A stretch of DNA of 64,000 nucleotides, taken from IMG/VR virus record IMGVR_UViG_3300028603_000018, positions 160,001 to 224,000 of that record; one strand, given 5' to 3'. The notes under the pieces are model-generated. The model was given only the letters and a program-made list of their open reading frames with translations, was not told where the DNA came from and made no database searches. The stretch's first letter is position 1. Every line of letters starts with the position of its first letter. A program made the translations under genes and the position numbers. Positions 59,317 through 64,000 of the stretch are shown in pieces. The DNA comes from a virus. Its lineage: Duplodnaviria > Caudoviricetes.

Positions 59317-60504
59317 ATGAATAATGTAGATCTCACCCAACTGAGCTTAGAAGCTATCGAAGTTTCATTAGAAGCATTATCTAAACTTCAAGCTATCAAT
59401 AACAACCTATCTAATCAGCAAGATGAGGTACTTAACACTTCTACCCGGTTTGCTTTAGAGACAATTAAGCAAGTGTATGATTTACCTGACGATATTCTTT
59501 CGTTAGAAGATAGTAATGATTTACATACAGCTTCTAAAAACGCTATAACGAGAATTTGGGAACTTATTCTTAAATGGCTCGCAGCTATTGCTAAAGAAAT
59601 TAATGAGAAGTGGCATAACCTAGGTATGTCATTAGTAATGGCTGATGAATTATTAAAAAACGCTGATAGTCGTTTTAGAGCAGCTAAGCAAAGTAGACTT
59701 TTTAGAAAGGTCCCTGTAGGCGGAATAAGAAGTCGTAATATTGCTAATGCTTTAAACGTTGATAATGATGTTAGTTTTAATAAGATCACTCAAGGAATCT
59801 CAAGACTCACTACGACTTTTGGTTCTATAGATAATTTTGTTGATACTGAATTAATTAAACTTCGTAGCTTTAAGTCCAGTATCTTAAATAAAGACAAGAT
59901 TGATATTCCAGAATTACCTCTACCTAATCAGATCGATGTACAAGTAGCTCGTAATGAGTTAGTTAATTATTCTTTAGATGATCGTTATGAAGCTAAGCGA
60001 TCTGTAACTTTACCAGGTAATAGAGTTTACCTCCACGTTAAATATAAGAACGGTTTAACGTTAGGAGAAGTAAGGGATAGTACTAGTAATGTTTTAGCTA
60101 AACCTTACTCTGATAAGAAGTACGGTATTCATTTATCTAAAAAGAAAACAGATACTACTGTTGCTTTCACAATCAAGCCATTTAACGAACACGAAATCTT
60201 ACGTTTATTAACCTTAGCTCGTTCTTTATCTAACGAATTAAAAAGCGCTAACAACAATCATAGTAAGATTAAATCGACGTTATCTGATCTTCAACAAGTT
60301 TTTAAAGATCAAAGTAAACAGACTAATGCTAGTGTTGTTGAATTAAATCAAATAAAGGATTATGTAGTAGGTATTGCTAATAACTTATCTGAAATTAGTT
60401 TAGATAGTAGAATTTACTTAGTGGGAGTTATTACTCAGCTCTCTCAATTAATATCCTTACAAGTATCCTTATACGAAGGAAAGATAGAAGGTGAGTATGA
60501 TTAA
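59317..60504 (+). CDS. Internal head protein (phiKZ gp93-family-like)
   Basis: Repeated SLE/ALE sites, IWELILKWL helix, TLPGNRV motif. Confidence 0.7.
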   Translation: MNNVDLTQLSLEAIEVSLEALSKLQAINNNLSNQQDEVLNTSTRFALETIKQVYDLPDDILSLEDSNDLHTASKNAITRIWELILKWLAAIAKEINEKWHNLGMSLVMADELLKNADSRFRAAKQSRLFRKVPVGGIRSRNIANALNVDNDVSFNKITQGISRLTTTFGSIDNFVDTELIKLRSFKSSILNKDKIDIPELPLPNQIDVQVARNELVNYSLDDRYEAKRSVTLPGNRVYLHVKYKNGLTLGEVRDSTSNVLAKPYSDKKYGIHLSKKKTDTTVAFTIKPFNEHEILRLLTLARSLSNELKSANNNHSKIKSTLSDLQQVFKDQSKQTNASVVELNQIKDYVVGIANNLSEISLDSRIYLVGVITQLSQLISLQVSLYEGKIEGEYD

Positions 60505-61693
60505 GTCATTAAGCAATCCTCAAGTTCTTAAAAAGCGTCCTAAAGCTGATACAAGCGCTCCTATTGACACAACGACTCAAAGTGGGTTAGCTGTACTAGA
60601 GGACGTTTTAAACTTCACCACGACCCGTTTAGAGAAGGCTGAGCACTTAGATAAAGCAGAGACCTTTATGGCAGCTCACGCTCAAGAAGAACCTGGTGAT
60701 GGTAAAGTTAAACTCGCTGAAATTACTATCGAGACATTAAGAGAAGAACTCATCGAGAGTTTAGAAGATTGTGACGAATGTAATTCATTAAGTACAGGGT
60801 TAGAGAACTTAACGACTAATGAACTCATTGGTCAAACTCTAGTGGTATCGAAGAACATCTTAACTGATGTTTCTAATATGCTATATAAAGCTAGTAATGA
60901 TCTAGTTATTAGTAAAGAGCTAATTCAAGACAGACTCTCTACTTTACTTGAGAAAGTAACACATTTAAAAGACGTAGTTAAGTTACCTGATGGTCAACAC
61001 CCTTCTACTAAGGTCGATATCAATAAAGCTAAAGCATTATTATATCTAACTGACACTCATGCTAAACCCTCTCTCATTATTTGCTTAGCAGGTGAGATAT
61101 GGAAGCAAAGTTATTATAATACCATTCTTCCTTTAATGGAAAGTAATGAACAAAAATTATCTGACTTAAAAGAATTGCTAAAAGAAGCAATTAAAGATAA
61201 GATGGAGGATGGTTCATTCATCTCTTTAGAAGGTATTGAAACTGATGAACATACTGTGTTAATTAGTCAGTTAACTAAGGGTGATTTTATTGCTTTTGAT
61301 AAAAGAGATAATCGATTCTTGATTTTAGAGAAAGGAGTTAATTTCTTAGACGGTGAAGTTACTCTACCTACACTAACAACTGAAGAGATTTTTAAGAGTT
61401 TAAATCTCATTAAGAAGTCTTTAATAGACTCTTGTGTAGGTGAGATTTTAAATGAGACTTCTAACATCCAGCGTAAAGTATTTGAACTACATGCCTTATT
61501 AATGTCTTATTTTACTGGCGTCACTTCGAAGAATTATATCGAAGAAGGAGAATTAAGACTCATTATTGAGGAAGTCAAAAACTATAGAGAAGTGTTAAAT
61601 AACAATGTTATCTTCTATTATCAATACGCTAATAAATTAGTTAATAACATTATTCTTATGTTAGATGTTCTGGAATCATACTTAGAAGGTTAG
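60491..61693 (+). CDS. Internal head protein paralogue
   Basis: 400 aa with SLE and GLE sites. Confidence 0.65.
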   Translation: MSMIKSLSNPQVLKKRPKADTSAPIDTTTQSGLAVLEDVLNFTTTRLEKAEHLDKAETFMAAHAQEEPGDGKVKLAEITIETLREELIESLEDCDECNSLSTGLENLTTNELIGQTLVVSKNILTDVSNMLYKASNDLVISKELIQDRLSTLLEKVTHLKDVVKLPDGQHPSTKVDINKAKALLYLTDTHAKPSLIICLAGEIWKQSYYNTILPLMESNEQKLSDLKELLKEAIKDKMEDGSFISLEGIETDEHTVLISQLTKGDFIAFDKRDNRFLILEKGVNFLDGEVTLPTLTTEEIFKSLNLIKKSLIDSCVGEILNETSNIQRKVFELHALLMSYFTGVTSKNYIEEGELRLIIEEVKNYREVLNNNVIFYYQYANKLVNNIILMLDVLESYLEG

Positions 61694-61832
61694 TTTTCAT
61701 TACAATTCTATGACTACTTCTGTAGTAGATCATCTTTTTTCGAAAAAAGAAGAGCTATTTATTACTTAACTATAAGTAATGTTAAAAAAATATTTATATC
61801 TCTTAAAGAGTATTTCTTGGAGTATTTAAACA

Positions 61833-64000
61833 ATGAGTTTACGTAACAACCGTAATGGAATCCGGACTCTTCGTGCTGCATTAGAATCACTAGACGTTAA
61901 TAAACATGATGATGTCAATGATGACACGCCTCGTGAATTTGATCCCAATGTCAATGACAAGCCGAAAGACGCAGAGACTCCTACTAAAGAAGGCGAAATC
62001 CAAACGCCTAAAGAACCCGCTGCTAAAGATGTAATTAGTCGGGAAAACGTAGAAGAAGTAGAAACTGTAGCAGAAGTCCCCATTACAGAAGACGAAACTG
62101 TAGTAGAGACTTCAACTGCTGATAATGTAACCTCTACTGGTGTCGATGCCGTAGCAGAAGAAGGCACTCTGGCAGATGGTATCTCAGCTGCTGGTGAAGG
62201 TGCTATTGTTGAAGAAAGTCAGTATGTAGAAAATGCTGGTGAACATAGCGCTCCTGAGATCATTGATGTAGAAGAAGAAATCTTAGATGATCTGTCTGAG
62301 ACTGTTATTCGTAATGAAGAATCACTGGAATCTTTATCGCGTCAGATCAAACTGTACAAGAAAGTCAAAACTACAGCTAGTTCTATGGAGGATCTCTCCT
62401 TACTGGCTATTGGTGATGACATCAAACAAAACTTCAATAAAGTAAAAGAAGCTGTTATTAATGCTTTTATTAAACTGCGTGATTGGTGGGTTAAGCATTG
62501 GGATAAACTCTCAGCAGTTTGGAATGAAACTGTTATTAAACAGAACTCTCAACAAATCGCTGCTTTAACAGATAGTATTGATACTGTCCTTACTAATCTT
62601 GCAAGCGCTGATATCTTAGCTCAAACACCAATGATGAGGAAGATTAAAAACTTACCTCATTTTGCTCAAGCCATCTTTGTAGGTGGTGAAGCTAAAGCTC
62701 GTGAACTGTTAAAAACACTTTCTTATGTTTCTCGTGAGATTAGGAATAATCCTAATTTAGCTGATGGTGGATATGAGAAACTGGGTGCAATGGTTGCTAA
62801 GCTCAATGAAGAAGAGCTAACTAATGTTGATACAGATTCGAACGTTCGGAAGTTTGTTCGTTCCTATCCTCGGTATCGTCCTGGTTTAGAGGCTGAAATC
62901 CTCACGCTTCAGAAAAACGCAAACGAAGTAGCGCGTGGTTTAACTAAACGTATCGATGAACTCAAGCGAGAAAGTCGTAGTGTTGAGAGTGGTTCTGAGG
63001 ATGCTAAACTGAAAAACGAATTAGTTAGTATTGATCAGAAAATCCAATCTAATCTGCTTAAACTGATTTCTGGTATTCGTGAGTTAGATAACCTCATTCT
63101 TAACATCTTCAAAAAGTACGGTACTGCCGCTAAACCAGAATCGACTGAAGGTTTAGATGAGTTATCGACTGAAGGCTTCTGGGGCGGCTTCGCAGGCGCT
63201 TTCCAGGCCGGTAATATAGGAAGCAGGTACACTAATAAAAAACGGTATGAAATCGAACGGCTAAAAGAGAAGATTGCTGTAACTACCGACGCACTTCAAA
63301 AGCTTGCTGCTGGTGCTTCTAAGGATGAAGCTCAAAAAGGTCTGGAAAATAGCAAAGCTATCGATATTGCTAATGCTCCAAAAGAGACTTTTAGGGAGTT
63401 TATTACAAATAAAGAGAACTGGATTCCTTTCATGGCAGCACTTCGTGGTATGAAGTTAGGTAGTGAAGCCCAGGATCTAGAGAAGAAGCTAAAGGACCAA
63501 GTCAAGCAACTAGAAGCTATTTCTCGTGAAGGATCGACTGAAGGTTTAGACGAAGGTGAAGTTACTGTCTCTGAAGCAATTACTAACGACGAGATCACTG
63601 TTGATGCTGAAGAAGCCGCTGAGACTGGTGAAATTGTTGTGACGCCTGATCCTGCTGATCCTGTTGAAGCTGATGATAACGAAGGTATTAGTATTCTCGT
63701 TGAAGAAGAACCTGTTGTTGAAGCTGATGGTGTTACTGACGTAGTAGAAGCTTCGGCAGAAGGTGATCTGGAAGCCAAGATTCGTGAGCTACGTAGTAAA
63801 GCTGATGAAGCTGAAGCACTTCTTATTCAAGCTCGTTCTCTTATTAATGGTTCAGCTACCGAACCAGAGCCTGTTGCTACCGAACCTGAAGCTGCTGTCA
63901 TCCAAACAGACGTAGTAGAAGATGCATCAGTAGACCTGGGTGAAGATACTGCTGTTACTGAAGTTGAGGAAGTCGAGGGTAGTGAAGGTGAAGCTGAAGT
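61833..64000 (+). CDS. Large modular acidic head protein (3' end outside window)
   Basis: ATG 61833 after a GGAG SD, MSLRNNRNGIRTLRAALE...; open to the window end; ALE, SLE, SME and three STE sites. Confidence 0.8.
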   Translation, partial: MSLRNNRNGIRTLRAALESLDVNKHDDVNDDTPREFDPNVNDKPKDAETPTKEGEIQTPKEPAAKDVISRENVEEVETVAEVPITEDETVVETSTADNVTSTGVDAVAEEGTLADGISAAGEGAIVEESQYVENAGEHSAPEIIDVEEEILDDLSETVIRNEESLESLSRQIKLYKKVKTTASSMEDLSLLAIGDDIKQNFNKVKEAVINAFIKLRDWWVKHWDKLSAVWNETVIKQNSQQIAALTDSIDTVLTNLASADILAQTPMMRKIKNLPHFAQAIFVGGEAKARELLKTLSYVSREIRNNPNLADGGYEKLGAMVAKLNEEELTNVDTDSNVRKFVRSYPRYRPGLEAEILTLQKNANEVARGLTKRIDELKRESRSVESGSEDAKLKNELVSIDQKIQSNLLKLISGIRELDNLILNIFKKYGTAAKPESTEGLDELSTEGFWGGFAGAFQAGNIGSRYTNKKRYEIERLKEKIAVTTDALQKLAAGASKDEAQKGLENSKAIDIANAPKETFREFITNKENWIPFMAALRGMKLGSEAQDLEKKLKDQVKQLEAISREGSTEGLDEGEVTVSEAITNDEITVDAEEAAETGEIVVTPDPADPVEADDNEGISILVEEEPVVEADGVTDVVEASAEGDLEAKIRELRSKADEAEALLIQARSLINGSATEPEPVATEPEAAVIQTDVVEDASVDLGEDTAVTEVEEVEGSEGEAE

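Noticed and set aside
45662-63778. Many Ser-rich antisense ORFs (e.g. 45893, 57448, 59415, 61826, 63332)
   Set aside because: Shadow frames of Glu/Asp-rich sense genes, with no SD or independent codon signal noticed.
1-64000. tRNA or rRNA genes
   Set aside because: No cloverleaf or rRNA signature recognised by eye; tRNAscan-SE would be needed to exclude them formally.

Overview
AT-rich segment of a nucleus-forming jumbo phage genome (phiKZ-like, Chimalliviridae). Gene order follows the conserved phiKZ gp52-gp93 block: chimallin (ChmA), split non-virion RNA polymerase subunits, SbcD-like nuclease, ChmC-like, gp68-like sigma-like subunit, PicA/Imp1-like, SF2 helicase, virion RNAP beta' fragment, N-terminal family B DNA polymerase subunit, baseplate proteins and a long cluster of S-x-E-cleaved head proteins, plus a DUF3380-type endolysin. 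Names resting on synteny and size alone are marked as such. Features the ORF track does not show: (1) four group I introns, two of them tandem and separated by a 3-nt micro-exon (GAT) encoding the first Asp of the RNAP NADFDGD motif; (2) a histone-H1-like basic protein overprinted in the +1 frame of an acidic head-protein gene, with its own Shine-Dalgarno and visible codon constraint; (3) a probable programmed -1 frameshift (T TTT TTT) of tail-chaperone G/GT type; (4) a TnpB-only IS605-family element inserted in an early gene, whose guide would target the uninterrupted allele; (5) unannotated early micro-proteins and a family of GGCATAAATAGGAG hairpins. No database searches were run.
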